Source: an uncultured Gemmatimonadaceae bacterium
GTDB lineage: Bacteria > Gemmatimonadota > Gemmatimonadetes > Gemmatimonadales > Gemmatimonadaceae
Assembly (NCBI GenBank): GCA_963817955.1
Contig: CAWFQK010000004.1
Coordinates: forward strand, 1,088,001 to 1,152,000
Direction of reading: 5' to 3'
Length of the DNA stretch: 64,000 nucleotides
The notes beneath the pieces are model-generated. The model had not been told where the DNA came from, did not search any database, and saw only the letters and a list, made by a program, of their open reading frames with translations. Shown here piece by piece: positions 1 through 10,774 of the stretch. Every line of letters starts with the position of its first letter. The stretch's first letter is position 1. The translations under genes were made by a program, and so were the position numbers.

Positions 1-75
1 CCCGCCGGCGGAGGCCGCGGACCCGGCGCGCCGGCCATACCAGGGTCATTTACAATTCTCGTAATCGGAAAATGA
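1..75 (+). CDS. 3' end of a CDS running in from the left (PAGGGRGPGAPAIPGSFTILVIGK*), possibly a YncE-like beta-propeller protein
   Basis: Frame 1 is open to TGA at 73-75 and followed by a terminator; the family guess rests only on the C-terminal motif. Confidence 0.4.
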   Translation, partial: PAGGGRGPGAPAIPGSFTILVIGK

Positions 76-92
76 TCGGGTGGTCGTGAGCG

Positions 93-133
93 AGGGCCCC
101 GCAACGAGATCGTTGCGGGGCCCTTTTCCCTTT
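93..133 (+). terminator. Rho-independent terminator
   Basis: 14-bp stem agggccccgcaacg / cgttgcggggccct with agat loop, followed by a T-rich tail; lies between convergent genes. Confidence 0.8.
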
Positions 134-174
134 GCGAGAAGCCGTCCCGTGTCCCGTGTCCCCCGCGCGTGTCC

Positions 175-2778
175 CTATCGCCCAGATTGCATGAGTTGCA
201 GACCCGCCCGTGCGAACGGCGCGTCCTCGGCCTCGACCGTACCCGCGTCGGCGGCTGGTACCGGCAGCAGGATACGGAACGTGGTGCCAAGGCCCACCGT
301 GCTCTCGACGCTGATCGCGCCGTTCAGCTGGCTCACGATGCCGTGCACCGTCGAGAGGCCGAGTCCCGTCCCGACGCCCACTGCCTTCGTCGTGAAGAAT
401 GGCTCGAAGATCTTCGGCAGGATTTCCGGCGGAATGCCTTCGCCTTCGTCTGACACCGCAACCTCGACGTACCGCCCCGCCGGCACGATAGCATTTCCGG
501 TAGCGCTCAGCTCGGACAATACGCGCTCCCCGACGACGAGCTTCAGATCACCGCCCTTTGGCATGGCGTCACGCGCGTTGACCGCGAGGTTCACGATGAC
601 CTGGTGGAGCTGTCCCTCGTCGGCGAGCACCGTCGGCAGGTTGGCACCGCAGGCCACCACGATGCGCACGTGCTCACCAACCATGGGCCGCAGCATGCGT
701 GCAAGATCCCGCACGACGGCTCCCACGTCGACAGGCTGCAATCGAATCACCTGACGACGGCCGAAGGCCAGCAACTGCCGCGTCAGATTCGCGGCGCGTG
801 AGGCAGCGTTGAGGATCTCGGTGGTAAAGCCCCGGAGCTCTTCGTCGTCGGGCGGCAAGCGCTTCATGAGGAATCCGCCGTACCCGATGACCGCCGTCAG
901 CACATTATTGAAATCGTGGGCGATGCCGCCGGCAAGTTGGCCGACCGCTTCCATTTTTTGCGCGTGGCGCAATTGCGCGGTGAGCTCGCGCACGTCTGTC
1001 ACGTCGGTCAACACTTCGAACGCGCCATCCTCGGTGCCGTGATCGAGCGGCACATAGCTCGCAACAACCGTTCGTGCGCGTCCGGCGGAATCATGGAGTG
1101 TGTTCTCGCGTGGAGCCAGATCGCCGTCTCGCGCTCGCCGCAGCGCATCAGTGGCCACCAAGGCCGCGCTGGATCCGATGACGTCCACCATCAGGCGCCC
1201 AACGATCTCGCGCTCTCCCTTGCCAAGAAATTCGCGGTACGCGCGATTGACGAATGCGTAGCGGCCGTGCGCATCGAGTTGACTGACGAGTACGGGCATG
1301 CGCTCCAGCAACCGACGGTTTCGAATGCCCTCGTCGTGGAACTCTCGTTGCGCATTGATCTGCTCGGTGCGGTCCAGCATGAGCGCCACGACACCTTCCA
1401 CGTCGCCGCGCTCGTCGCGTAGCGGGACCGCCGAGAGCTCGATTTCCCGCAACTCGCGATCCTTGCGCATGCAATGAATGAGCAATCCATTCGTTGACGT
1501 ATCGGACCCTGCAATGATCGCGTCAAGGATCCGCCGAGTTTCCGGCACGAGCGCGCCCGATTTGCCAGTCACCGCGCCGCCGATCACCTCCGAGGCGCTC
1601 CAACCGAATATGGTTTCAGCCGCCGGGTTCCACGTCTGTACGCGCCGGTTCCGATCCAGCGTCACGATGCCGATGGGCGCATCCCGAATGATTGCCGAGA
1701 GGAGCTGGGACGTCCGACGCACCTCTTCATAGGCACGCATCTGCGGTGTGAGGTCGAGCACGGACAGGATGATCCGCTGCCGCTCCGCGCCCACACGGGG
1801 CACGGCAGAGGCGGTGAGAAGACCCCAGACGGTCTCACCATCCTTCCGAATGAAACGCGTCGTCAGTGTGTACTTGCCGATCGCCCCCGCCCGCAGTTCG
1901 TCGAGGTGTGCGCGTTGCGCAGCGATGTCGTCCCGGTGGGTGAACTCCGCAAACGTCGACTGCTCGAGCTCGGCCCGTGTGTAGCCCAGAAAATCGCACA
2001 GCCGCTCGTTCACCCACAGCCATTCGCCGGCGTCCGTCGCATGCGCCAGCCCGATTCCCGCATTCTCGAATGTCACGCGATAGCGTTGTTCCCGCTCCAG
2101 CACCTGCCGCTCGGCTTTCTTCCGGCGGCGAAGCTCCCAGGCGATGAGTACGCCCACCACGCCAGCAATGAGGATGGCCAGCACCACTGCGACGATGGTC
2201 AACTCCAGCGTTTGCATGAACGCTTGGCGGCGACGCGTCGCTTGGTCCGCCATGACCCGGTGCCAGCTGATCGCGACAGCTCGTCTGAGATCGTCGAACC
2301 GCTCGTGCTGCTGTACCTCAGCCGGCAGGGCCATCCTGGCGAGCGCGGAATCGGTGTGGCCCGCTTGAACGAGTTCCCGGCCTCGACGAATCGTGAAGAA
2401 CCTCGCGCGCACGAGGGCGTCCATTCCATCGAGCATTGCGTGCTCGGCTGGCGCGCTCGCCGTCAACTGTCGCGCATCACGGAGGAATTCGTAGGCCTGA
2501 CGCTCATTTGCCGCGATCGCGACCTGCGCCGTGCTGTCATTGCGTCCACTCGGCAACAAGAGGGTCATTTCGGCGCGCAAGACAGACTCGGAGAGCCATT
2601 CGAGATCGGCCAATGCCGCCTGCATCCGATCCTGCGATTCGAGAATCGCCAGGAGTGAGCGAAGCCGATCAGTCGCCAGGATGGCGCTTCCCAGCGATAC
2701 GACAAACCCTGCCGCCGCGACGAGTATCAGAACGACGTGGACTAGTCGGCTGCGCGAGGGTTCAAATCGGCGCGGCAT
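175..2778 (-). CDS. Membrane-anchored multi-PAS sensor histidine kinase, no receiver domain
   Basis: Two TM segments, three PAS-like repeats, H-box [14 protein letters not shown]-box [11 protein letters not shown]-boxes DEGEGI / GTGLGL. Confidence 0.9.
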   Translation of the reverse strand: MPRRFEPSRSRLVHVVLILVAAAGFVVSLGSAILATDRLRSLLAILESQDRMQAALADLEWLSESVLRAEMTLLLPSGRNDSTAQVAIAANERQAYEFLRDARQLTASAPAEHAMLDGMDALVRARFFTIRRGRELVQAGHTDSALARMALPAEVQQHERFDDLRRAVAISWHRVMADQATRRRQAFMQTLELTIVAVVLAILIAGVVGVLIAWELRRRKKAERQVLEREQRYRVTFENAGIGLAHATDAGEWLWVNERLCDFLGYTRAELEQSTFAEFTHRDDIAAQRAHLDELRAGAIGKYTLTTRFIRKDGETVWGLLTASAVPRVGAERQRIILSVLDLTPQMRAYEEVRRTSQLLSAIIRDAPIGIVTLDRNRRVQTWNPAAETIFGWSASEVIGGAVTGKSGALVPETRRILDAIIAGSDTSTNGLLIHCMRKDRELREIELSAVPLRDERGDVEGVVALMLDRTEQINAQREFHDEGIRNRRLLERMPVLVSQLDAHGRYAFVNRAYREFLGKGEREIVGRLMVDVIGSSAALVATDALRRARDGDLAPRENTLHDSAGRARTVVASYVPLDHGTEDGAFEVLTDVTDVRELTAQLRHAQKMEAVGQLAGGIAHDFNNVLTAVIGYGGFLMKRLPPDDEELRGFTTEILNAASRAANLTRQLLAFGRRQVIRLQPVDVGAVVRDLARMLRPMVGEHVRIVVACGANLPTVLADEGQLHQVIVNLAVNARDAMPKGGDLKLVVGERVLSELSATGNAIVPAGRYVEVAVSDEGEGIPPEILPKIFEPFFTTKAVGVGTGLGLSTVHGIVSQLNGAISVESTVGLGTTFRILLPVPAADAGTVEAEDAPFARAGLQLMQSGR

Positions 2779-2799
2779 AGCGCTGCTGGGCGACCAACG

Positions 2800-3288
2800 T
2801 CAGGATGCCATCGGCATCCGAGCGGCCTGCACATGAGACGCGTCGAGGAGCTGGCGAACCTCGCTGACCAGCGAGTGCATCTCAAATGGCTTCCCGAGAA
2901 ATGCCGTTGGGCTGCCTTTGAAGTGCTCGTCTCCAAGCGCACCCCGTGCGTATCCGGAAATAAACAAAATACGCATCTGCGGATTCCATTGTCTCAAGTG
3001 CTCCGAGAGAACACGACCATCCATGTCGGGCATGATGACGTCGCTGATCACGAGATTGATGGGCGCGGAGTGTGCCTCCGCCTTTGCCATTGCATCCTCG
3101 CCATTCTGCGCCTCGAGCACCGTATAGCCCTTGTCCCGAAGGACGAGACACAGGAGCCTGCGAACAGGCGCTTCATCTTCGACCACGAGTATGGTCTCTG
3201 TGCCGGCGCCGTCGGAGTCGTCTGATCCGACCGCGTCCTGGAAGAGTGCCGAGTTCGAATGTGCGATCATGGAGTGCCTGCGCGTCAT
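2800..3288 (-). CDS. Single-domain response regulator (receiver)
   Basis: ILVVEDE, SDVIMPDMDG, FISGY and KPF receiver motifs. Confidence 0.85.
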   Translation of the reverse strand: MTRRHSMIAHSNSALFQDAVGSDDSDGAGTETILVVEDEAPVRRLLCLVLRDKGYTVLEAQNGEDAMAKAEAHSAPINLVISDVIMPDMDGRVLSEHLRQWNPQMRILFISGYARGALGDEHFKGSPTAFLGKPFEMHSLVSEVRQLLDASHVQAARMPMAS

Positions 3289-3401
3289 CGCGCGTACGGG
3301 TTGGCGGAAGGCTATGCTGCCGAGCTCTTCGAAGAAGTCAGCGATTGTCTGACGAACAGCGGAACATCCCCGACGCGAGAGACGCTGCGCAATTATATGG
3401 G

Positions 3402-4085
3402 CTACAACAAGCTCTCATCCGCGCGCCTCGCGACGTAGAGCGCGTGCCGTGCGCTACCCGTGCCGTGCGCCCGCGCGCTGGTCGCTTCGACGGTCAGTCC
3501 TGCACGGTGCATCGCATCGGCGAACGCCGGATCCACGGCCGCCGACCAATAGGCGAGCCGCCCACCGGGGCGAAGTGCCGCAGTCGTGGCGCGGATTCCA
3601 GCGTCGTGATAGAGCCGAGCGTTGCCCGCCGTCGTCAACGCGTCGGCGCCATTGTCCACATCCAGGATGATGCTGTCGAAGACGCCGACGCTCGCCGCGA
3701 GCACGTGCGCAACGTCGTCGTGCAGCAGCGACACCCGTGGATCCTCCAGCGCGCCGGCGGCGAGATCGTACGCGGGGTTCTTGTTCCAGCGAATGACTGC
3801 GCCAACGAGCTCCACGACAGTCACGTGAGCGTCGTCGCGCAACGTACGAAGCGCCGCGCGAAGCGTGAAGCCGAGCCCCAGCCCGCCAATGAGCACGCGG
3901 GCGGCTGCCGTGTGCTGGAGCGGCGCGCACACGAGCTCCGCGAGCCGTTCCTCAGACTCGTGGCGACGCGTGGACATCAACTCCACACCATCGACGCGAA
4001 TGACGTAGGCGCCGTCATGGCGGTACAACGTGAGAACGGTGCCGTCAGGCGCGACGGCCTCGTCGAGGCGCTCAAATTTCTTCAT
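3402..4085 (-). CDS. Spermidine synthase-like SAM-dependent methyltransferase-fold protein
   Basis: VLIGGLGLGFTL SAM-binding motif and IILDVDNG motif. Confidence 0.75.
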   Translation of the reverse strand: MKKFERLDEAVAPDGTVLTLYRHDGAYVIRVDGVELMSTRRHESEERLAELVCAPLQHTAAARVLIGGLGLGFTLRAALRTLRDDAHVTVVELVGAVIRWNKNPAYDLAAGALEDPRVSLLHDDVAHVLAASVGVFDSIILDVDNGADALTTAGNARLYHDAGIRATTAALRPGGRLAYWSAAVDPAFADAMHRAGLTVEATSARAHGTGSARHALYVARRADESLL

Positions 4086-4255
4086 CGACTACGGGGCGAA
4101 TGAGCAAAGCATGCAGCCGAGCCTGCTTGCCGGCGGAGGCTCCCTCCAAAGACGCTTCACATATCACCTCGTTACACGTGTGCGCCTCAATCGTCATATT
4201 GGAGCAGAAGCGGCCGCCGAGGTCGCTTGCGTGAATCCTCCCCTCCGACGTACAG

Positions 4256-5041
4256 ATGTTCGTACGGACCATGTTCACGGCGATGATGGCCGTAGCGTTC
4301 GTACCGCGCGCCGCTCGCGCGCAAGCCACGCCATGCGGAGCATCCAGGAGTGTCTTCGCTGCCGTCGGTATTGCTCAGGACGATCGAGTGGATGCGAGCG
4401 CATCGGCGGCCCAGTTCGAAGGGCGCGGCGAACAGTATTCCGTAGGCGGAGACGCGCCGTTCAGACGCTTGTGCGTCGTCGCCAATATTCGCGCGCAGGC
4501 ACCCGCGCTCGCGGCAACTGGACGGCCGTTGGAGCATGAGCATATGCTCACTGACGACGGCGACCTGGCCGCGCTGAGACGCGTGAGCGGCTTCCCGGAT
4601 CGGCACCTGTCGATCTGGGCGGGAGCCGAACTGCGTGGATTACTCATGGTGACCTCCCACGTCTACCCGGACCGCCAGCGCAGCACGGCGCGCTTCCGCT
4701 TCGGCATGGTATCGCTCGGGCCCGTCCTGCGCGGACAGTTCGTGCTCGGACGCAGCTCCATTACCGCCAGACTCTCATCGCCCGTCGTCGGACTGGTCGA
4801 CCACTCCTACTCGGCCATCTGGTCGGGCGATTCGCGCCCGGACTTCCGCGTCACTTCTCTCAGCACCTTGCGAGGCGCAACGGGCGACATGTCGTACACC
4901 TGGGCGGTCCACCCAGACCTCGGCATCAACACCGCGTATCGCGCCTCGATGGTTCGCTACGACGGTGCACGGCCCGTGCGCTCTCTGACGCAGAGTATGA
5001 CGCTCGGCGCCAGCGTGCGATTTCCAGCACACCATCGATGA
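4256..5041 (+). CDS. Exported hypothetical protein (possible beta-barrel)
   Basis: Signal peptide (ARA-Q), beta-strand-like C-terminus, ATGA overlap with the next gene. Confidence 0.6.
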   Translation: MFVRTMFTAMMAVAFVPRAARAQATPCGASRSVFAAVGIAQDDRVDASASAAQFEGRGEQYSVGGDAPFRRLCVVANIRAQAPALAATGRPLEHEHMLTDDGDLAALRRVSGFPDRHLSIWAGAELRGLLMVTSHVYPDRQRSTARFRFGMVSLGPVLRGQFVLGRSSITARLSSPVVGLVDHSYSAIWSGDSRPDFRVTSLSTLRGATGDMSYTWAVHPDLGINTAYRASMVRYDGARPVRSLTQSMTLGASVRFPAHHR

Positions 5042-6195
5042 CGCGCGTCCGTCACCGCCTGGTATGCTGTGCCGCGGCGCTGTCAGCCGTCTTCCTCGCT
5101 GGCTGCATGAGCCCCACGCTCGCGCCGCCGGCCGGCTCGAGCAACGCCGATCTCTTCGATGCCATGTGGCACGAAGTCGATCTGAATTACTCCATGTTTG
5201 GTCTCAAGCGAGTGAACTGGGATTCCGTCGGGCTGGTCAATCGCCCGGCCGCCATTGCCGCACCAACCGATGCTGCCCTCGCGCGCGTGCTCGGCGGCAT
5301 ACTGATGACGTTGCACGATCGTCACGTCTCGTTGACGCCGGGGACCGCCGGCCCCGTCGTCATGTATAGCACGTCAGGCGACGCGGCGCCGGCCGCGTTC
5401 GACGCCGCGCTCATCGAGCATCGGTACCTCTCGGACGCGACGGCGTGGTACGAGACGCATGTATTGGTTGGCCGATTGTCGTCATCCCTCGGATACGTGC
5501 GCATTCCGAGCTTTGGCGGCGACGGGTGGGTTGGCGACGTGGACGACGCCCTCCGGTCGCTCGCGGACATGTCGGCCATCGTCGTGGACGTCCGCTGCAA
5601 TTTTGGTGGCAACTATGATCTCGCACTTCAAATCGCCGGTCGTTTCGCCGATCACCAGCGCACGTTCGGCTATGTGAAGGTTCGCAACGGCCCGCGTCAC
5701 GACGATTTCACTCCTTTAATTCCAGAAACCGTCCGGCCCGCCGGGCCGATGCAATTCCACGGTCCGGTCTACGTGCTCACCAATCGGAAGGTGTACAGCT
5801 CCGCCGAGAACTTTGTCCTGGCCATGCAAGCCTTGCCCACCGTGACAACCGTGGGCGACACGACCGCGGGATCGTCAGGCAAGCCAATTGTGCGAGCGCT
5901 GCCGAATGGCTGGACGTACGAGGTTTCGAGCTGGCTCGAGTACACCAGCGCGCAAGTGCCATACGAGGATGTCGGCCTGCCGCCGGCCGTCTACGTTGCG
6001 TCACGCGCCGCGGACATCCGCGCCGGGGTGGACGTCGTGTTGGAGCGCGCGATCGTGCTCGCCACCGCGGCTATGCGCACGACGACGCTCCGGAGCCTGC
6101 ACGCCGAGCCAACGCGTGAGCGCCTGACACCGCCGGCGGCTGACGCGCACTCGGGCGCCACACGCCATGTACAGCTCTCCATCACCGCTCGATAG
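5038..6195 (+). CDS. S41 family (C-terminal processing) peptidase, lipoprotein
   Basis: Lipobox FLAGC; GYVRIPSF, VVDVRCNFGG, YSSAENF and TVGDTTAG motifs. Confidence 0.85.
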   Translation: MTRVRHRLVCCAAALSAVFLAGCMSPTLAPPAGSSNADLFDAMWHEVDLNYSMFGLKRVNWDSVGLVNRPAAIAAPTDAALARVLGGILMTLHDRHVSLTPGTAGPVVMYSTSGDAAPAAFDAALIEHRYLSDATAWYETHVLVGRLSSSLGYVRIPSFGGDGWVGDVDDALRSLADMSAIVVDVRCNFGGNYDLALQIAGRFADHQRTFGYVKVRNGPRHDDFTPLIPETVRPAGPMQFHGPVYVLTNRKVYSSAENFVLAMQALPTVTTVGDTTAGSSGKPIVRALPNGWTYEVSSWLEYTSAQVPYEDVGLPPAVYVASRAADIRAGVDVVLERAIVLATAAMRTTTLRSLHAEPTRERLTPPAADAHSGATRHVQLSITAR

Positions 6196-6681
6196 GCGCC
6201 GAAACGATTCGATCCGGCGCAGGTGAACGATGACCGAGCGATGAACCCGCATGAACTTCGCGGGGTCGAGGTCGGCTTCGAGCGCGCCGAGTGATGCGCG
6301 AATCGTGAAGCAACGACCGTTCGTCACCACATCGGCATACGATCCGCTCGCGCGAATAAGGTCGATCTCGTCCATCGGCACGACCACCAGGCGGCCGCGA
6401 ATTCGCACGGTGATTTGCTGTCGAAACCGGCGATCGAGCTCAGGCGCTGCCGCGATCATCACCGTGTCGTTCATTGCCGCGGGACGCGGCAGGCCGGAAT
6501 CGCCAGCGTGCAGTATTGCGGCATCGGCCACGATGACCTGCGGATGTAGCTCGTTGATGATGTCCTGCAACTCACGGCTGCTGCGCGCGTGACCGACGAT
6601 CGTGACGTTCGGGTCCCGTTCCAGCGTGTCCCGGAGATGATGATGCTCTGCATCGCCAGCGACGATCACCACTCGAATCAT
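6001..6681 (-). CDS. LytTR-family DNA-binding regulator with degenerate receiver domain
   Basis: LEADLDPAKFMRVHRSVIV and VRVSRRR LytTR motifs; start MIRVVIV at 6681 resembles a receiver beta1 strand. Confidence 0.8.
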   Translation of the reverse strand: MIRVVIVAGDAEHHHLRDTLERDPNVTIVGHARSSRELQDIINELHPQVIVADAAILHAGDSGLPRPAAMNDTVMIAAAPELDRRFRQQITVRIRGRLVVVPMDEIDLIRASGSYADVVTNGRCFTIRASLGALEADLDPAKFMRVHRSVIVHLRRIESFRRLSSGDGELYMACGARVRVSRRRCQALTRWLGVQAPERRRAHSRGGEHDRALQHDVHPGADVRGA

Positions 6682-6776
6682 GTGTTCCAGACAGTAGGGC
6701 CACAAAGCGAAGGACACCGATCTCGGCGAATTCCCGCGTGACCCGTTGCATGTCTCGCTCCAGACAGCGGGCCGTG

Positions 6777-6811
6777 CCACCATTCGGAACGATTCCTCCA
6801 CCATTCGGAAC
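6777..6811 (+). promoter_or_regulatory. Putative LytTR operator: perfect 14-bp direct repeat with 21-bp period
   Basis: ccaccattcggaac at 6777-6790 and 6798-6811, between the divergent LytTR gene and the Ig-like lipoprotein gene. Confidence 0.65.
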
Positions 6812-6944
6812 AACGTCGCGTCTACGACTTCGGGCGGATCGATTGATGGCCCGCGGTTGGCCGTTGAGGGCCACGCGCGAACGCGGCGTTCGTGCTCGGC
6901 GGTCATGCAAGCCGCTCGATGACGATAGGACAGGAGATTGTTCA

Positions 6945-7634
6945 ATGAACACATCGCGAGCACAGCGGCATCTCGTTGCACTGACAGCCCTGGTCGCACT
7001 CGGCGCCTGCAGCGACAATTCGACAAATGAGGTGCTGGCCACACCCACTACCATCTCGATCACGGCGAGCTCGAATGGCCAGACCGGCGTAGTCGGAACC
7101 GCACTGGCGTCGCCGCTCAGCGTCTCCGTCCTGAATCAGCTTGGCCTCCCGATATCGGGCGCCCCCGTGGCGTGGACGGTGGTGGGAAGCCGCGGAACAC
7201 TCAGCAGCCCGACGAGCACATCCGACGCGAACGGTTTGGCGACGGTGAACTTCACGCTCGGCAATACCGCCGGCACCGACTCCGTCATCGCGGTGATCCC
7301 GAACGGCGCCTCGGTCACGCTGACGGCGACGGGGACAGCGGCGTCATTCTCCAGTCTCGTCCTCTTCAGCGGTGACTCGCAGACCGTTGCGGCCGGGACG
7401 GTGACGCAGCCGCTGATGGTGCTTGCCATCGATCAATTCGGCAACGCGGTTGGCGGTGTCCCCATCACGTGGGCCACCACGGGCGGCGGCGTGTTGAGCG
7501 CCACGTCATCGACGACGGACGCATCCGGAATGGCCCGGGTGACACTGACGACGAACTCCACGGCGGGCCCATACACCGTTACAGCTTCGTCGGGCACCGC
7601 CACGCCGATCGTCTTCCACGGATCAGGCACGTAA
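6945..7634 (+). CDS. Lipoprotein with two bacterial Ig-like (Big_1/invasin-type) domains
   Basis: RBS caggag, lipobox LGAC, repeated TSTSDANGLATV / SSTTDASGMARV Ig motifs. Confidence 0.8.
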   Translation: MNTSRAQRHLVALTALVALGACSDNSTNEVLATPTTISITASSNGQTGVVGTALASPLSVSVLNQLGLPISGAPVAWTVVGSRGTLSSPTSTSDANGLATVNFTLGNTAGTDSVIAVIPNGASVTLTATGTAASFSSLVLFSGDSQTVAAGTVTQPLMVLAIDQFGNAVGGVPITWATTGGGVLSATSSTTDASGMARVTLTTNSTAGPYTVTASSGTATPIVFHGSGT

Positions 7635-7670
7635 GCCACCACCGGCTGACACCACATCACGACCTGACAT

Positions 7671-7700
7671 GGAAGAGGCAGACGCCGGTCTGCCTCTTCC
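7671..7700 (+). terminator. Hairpin, probable terminator
   Basis: Perfect 13-bp stem ggaagaggcagac / gtctgcctcttcc downstream of the 7634 stop; no clear U-tract. Confidence 0.5.
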
Positions 7701-7818
7701 CGTATACGGGAGCCGCGAGATCAGCCGCAGCAGTCGGTGGCGAGCCGAACGTATTCCAGAGTCAGCCGCTGGAGTGGAAACAGACTTGCATGTGCCTGCT
7801 TCGACCCCGAGAGGACAC

Positions 7819-8463
7819 ATGAAGCCGCCAGTGATCGAGCAGGCATTCCGATCGTTCGCCCTGTGGTCCACAGCATGGGACGCCGGGTCCTCCGTGCATC
7901 CGTCCGTCGAGGAGCCCTTGCTCGCGCGTCTCGAGCAGCTCCACCGTTTCAACTACGACTTGTGGAATCAGGAGGACATTGCTCGCCGGACGGACGTCGC
8001 CGATTCGGTGATTCGCCAAGTGAAGCGGGCAATCGATCGTCTCAACCAGCAGCGCAACGACGCGATCGAAGCAGTCGACGAATGGCTCCTGGCAACGTAT
8101 TACAGTGGAGCCGCTGCCACGAATGCCGAGCTGCGCACGGAAACGCCGGGGAGCGTGTTTGACCGGTTGTCCATTCTGTCGCTCAAGATCCTGAGATCGC
8201 GGCAGCAGACCGAGCGAGCCGACGCGGCACCCGCCCATGTCGCGGCATGCCAGCACAGACTCCGGGTGCTCCTGCAGCAGCGCGCTGACCTGCACGCTGC
8301 GTTTCGGCTCCTGGCCACCGAATTGAACGCCGGTGTCGCCCGCATGCGGATATACCGTCAATTAAAAATGTATAACGACCCGGACTTGAATCCGCAGTTG
8401 TATGGCGCCCACGATATGCAGGCCGGCGGTTCCGATCGGATGACACCGGATGCTAGCGCATGA
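7819..8463 (+). CDS. DUF4254-like protein
   Basis: LWNQEDIAR, KRAIDRLNQQRNDAIEAVD, ETPGSVFDRLSILSLK and QLKMYNDPDLNP motifs; RBS gagga; coupled to the GT9 gene. Confidence 0.8.
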   Translation: MKPPVIEQAFRSFALWSTAWDAGSSVHPSVEEPLLARLEQLHRFNYDLWNQEDIARRTDVADSVIRQVKRAIDRLNQQRNDAIEAVDEWLLATYYSGAAATNAELRTETPGSVFDRLSILSLKILRSRQQTERADAAPAHVAACQHRLRVLLQQRADLHAAFRLLATELNAGVARMRIYRQLKMYNDPDLNPQLYGAHDMQAGGSDRMTPDASA

Positions 8464-9563
8464 AGATCTTGCGCACGGCGCTGTGCCGAGTCGAAGAATA
8501 CTCCCGCCAGGGGCTGTTCCGTGCCTTGATGCGTGTGAGTAGCCGGGAGCAGCAGCCAGACGAGGATCTGCTGCGCAACGGGCCGATGCGCGTGTTGTTC
8601 ATTGCCGAGGATGCCATCGGCGACACCATTCTTGCGATACCGGCCATCCGGGCGATCGCCGAATCGCACCCGGACACTGTGGTCGATGTCGTGACATGGG
8701 CTGGTCCGGCCGAGGCGCTCCGGCATGCACCGTTCCTTCGCCGAGTGATTGTCTTTCCGCGCTACGACCGCCGCCGGTTCAATGCGTGGAGCGTCGTTCG
8801 ACGAAATGGACCGTACGACGTGGTCGTCGATGGCATGCTGTTTCGCGGCCACGTGCGCTCGCGCAGCATGGCCATGATGATCGGCAGCGGCGCCAAGTAC
8901 TGGCTCGGCGAGGGCGGTCGTGGCAACGAATACCTGTTGAACGTGGTGCGCCCGGCGGTAGACGATGAGGCACCGCATTTGATGCGCATGCTCAGCCTGG
9001 CGCAGCCATTTCTGTCGCGCCCTCCGGCCTGCCGACCTGAGCTGACCCTGACCGAGGATGAACGACAGGGCGCCCAGAGATCCTGGAGCACCGTTGGGGG
9101 AACACCGCGCATTCTCCTCAACGTGTCGACGAATGGGCCGGATCGCCGCTGGCCGACTGAGCGCTTCGTCGCCGTGGCGCAACACCTCCGGCAACGGTGT
9201 TCCGGCGCCGGCATCATGGTGGTTGGTCTCGATCGCGATCGGGTCGCGATGGACCGCGTCGCGGAAGCGGCCGGCGGCGTACCGCTCGGTTCCACTCTCC
9301 GAGAGCTCATCGCGCTGGTCGCCGGGAGCGACTTGGTCGTGAGCCCGGACACGGCCGTCTGCCACATGGCCTCCGCCTTCCAGCGGCCGCTCGTCTCGAT
9401 CCATATCGCAGGCATGCGCAGGTTCCTGCCGTACGAAACTCCGGGCGTGCGCATCGTCGGCACGTCAACGGTGACACTGGAAGACGTTCCGGCACGCAAG
9501 GTCCTTCGTGCCCTGGACGACGTGCTCCCGCAGATCGTCGGACCAATCGAGCGGCGCGCCTGA
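8460..9563 (+). CDS. Glycosyltransferase family 9 (heptosyltransferase-like)
   Basis: DAIGDTILAIPAI, RRWPTERF and LVVSPDTAVCHMASA motifs. Confidence 0.85.
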   Translation: MKILRTALCRVEEYSRQGLFRALMRVSSREQQPDEDLLRNGPMRVLFIAEDAIGDTILAIPAIRAIAESHPDTVVDVVTWAGPAEALRHAPFLRRVIVFPRYDRRRFNAWSVVRRNGPYDVVVDGMLFRGHVRSRSMAMMIGSGAKYWLGEGGRGNEYLLNVVRPAVDDEAPHLMRMLSLAQPFLSRPPACRPELTLTEDERQGAQRSWSTVGGTPRILLNVSTNGPDRRWPTERFVAVAQHLRQRCSGAGIMVVGLDRDRVAMDRVAEAAGGVPLGSTLRELIALVAGSDLVVSPDTAVCHMASAFQRPLVSIHIAGMRRFLPYETPGVRIVGTSTVTLEDVPARKVLRALDDVLPQIVGPIERRA

Positions 9564-9593
9564 TACTGCGTGCGGCGCCGGCGCCGACGCCGT

Positions 9594-10774
9594 TCAGTTG
9601 GCGATGTGAGGATCGACCGGCAGCCAGAGCGTGAACGTGCTTCCCATCCCCGGCGTGCTCTTGAACGTGATCACCGCACCGAGGGCGCGTGCCATTCGCT
9701 GGCTGATCGCCAGTCCGATGCCCGATCCCTCCACCGCATTGGGCGCAAAGCGCGTGAACTCGCGAAAGAGCAAGTTCTGCTTGTCCAACGGAATGCCTGG
9801 TCCGTTGTCGTCAACGGCGAGCGCCACCCATCGCCCGGGCCGCGGGACGTCGCCCTCGTCAACGGTACGCGCCCACACCGTGATGCTTCCCTCCGGCTGC
9901 GTGTACTTCACCGCGTTGGAGATCAGGTTCGCGAGAATCTGGCGCACGCGTGCGCGATCCGACTCGATGACGAGCGAGTCGTCTCCGCTCGGGAGCACCA
10001 CGCCGAGGTAGAGGCACTTCGCGTTTGCCGCGGCCCGAAACTCTTCGACGGCTTCGCGGGTGACGGCGCCAAGGTCCACGCGCCCTCGCTCGATCGTCAG
10101 TTGTCCCGCCTCCGCACGCTCGATCTCCAGGAGCTGCGACACGAGGTCGAGGGCCGTGCGAATGGACCGTCGTGCATGCTCCACGCTCTTCGTCTGCATC
10201 GCGGACATGTCGCCGAAGATGCCCTCCTCGAGAAGCGAGAGATAGCCGTCCGCGGCGCCGAGCGGGTTCTTTACATCGTGCGTGAAGCCGCGAATGAGCC
10301 GCTCGTGGCTCTCGACGATCTGTTTGCGCTCGGTGACGTCTTCAATGACGCTGGCGATGCGGTAGATATCGCCGTTCGCGTCGCGCACCGGAAAACCACG
10401 GCACCACACCCAGCGCAGCTCGCCGGTGGGGCGCACGACGCGGAACTCCAAGTCATACTCCCCCCGCGGATGCAGGAAGAGAGCATGGCGAACCCGCTCG
10501 CGGTCCTCCAGGTGTACGCTCTCGAGGAACACCATCGGATTCGTGTACAGCTCCTCGCGCGACCGACCCCAGATCTGCTCATACGCCGCATTCACGTAGA
10601 ACACCTGCGCGCCACTCTCGTCACTGAGCGAGACAATGTCATGGAGCGCCTCCAGGATTTGCCGGAACCGCTCCTCGCTCTCGAAGCCCCCCCTCCCCGC
10701 GCCCCGCTGCCGCGCACTGCCTCCGACATCTTCGGCAGCCGCTGTGACACGCGTCGGGAACCTCGAGCAGTCAT
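9594..10774 (-). CDS. PAS sensor histidine kinase with an apparent 1-nt frameshift near the 5' end
   Basis: H-box GFTHDVKNPL, NLISNAVKYT, DNGPGI, GSGIGL. The kinase frame continues upstream of 10604 (ESEERFRQILE) without a start codon; the RBS-preceded ATG at 10774 is in another frame, separated by a G7 run at 10687-10693. Confidence 0.75.

Noticed and set aside
1..92. Possible ncRNA 3' end before the terminator
   Set aside because: Better explained as the end of a protein-coding frame stopping at 75.
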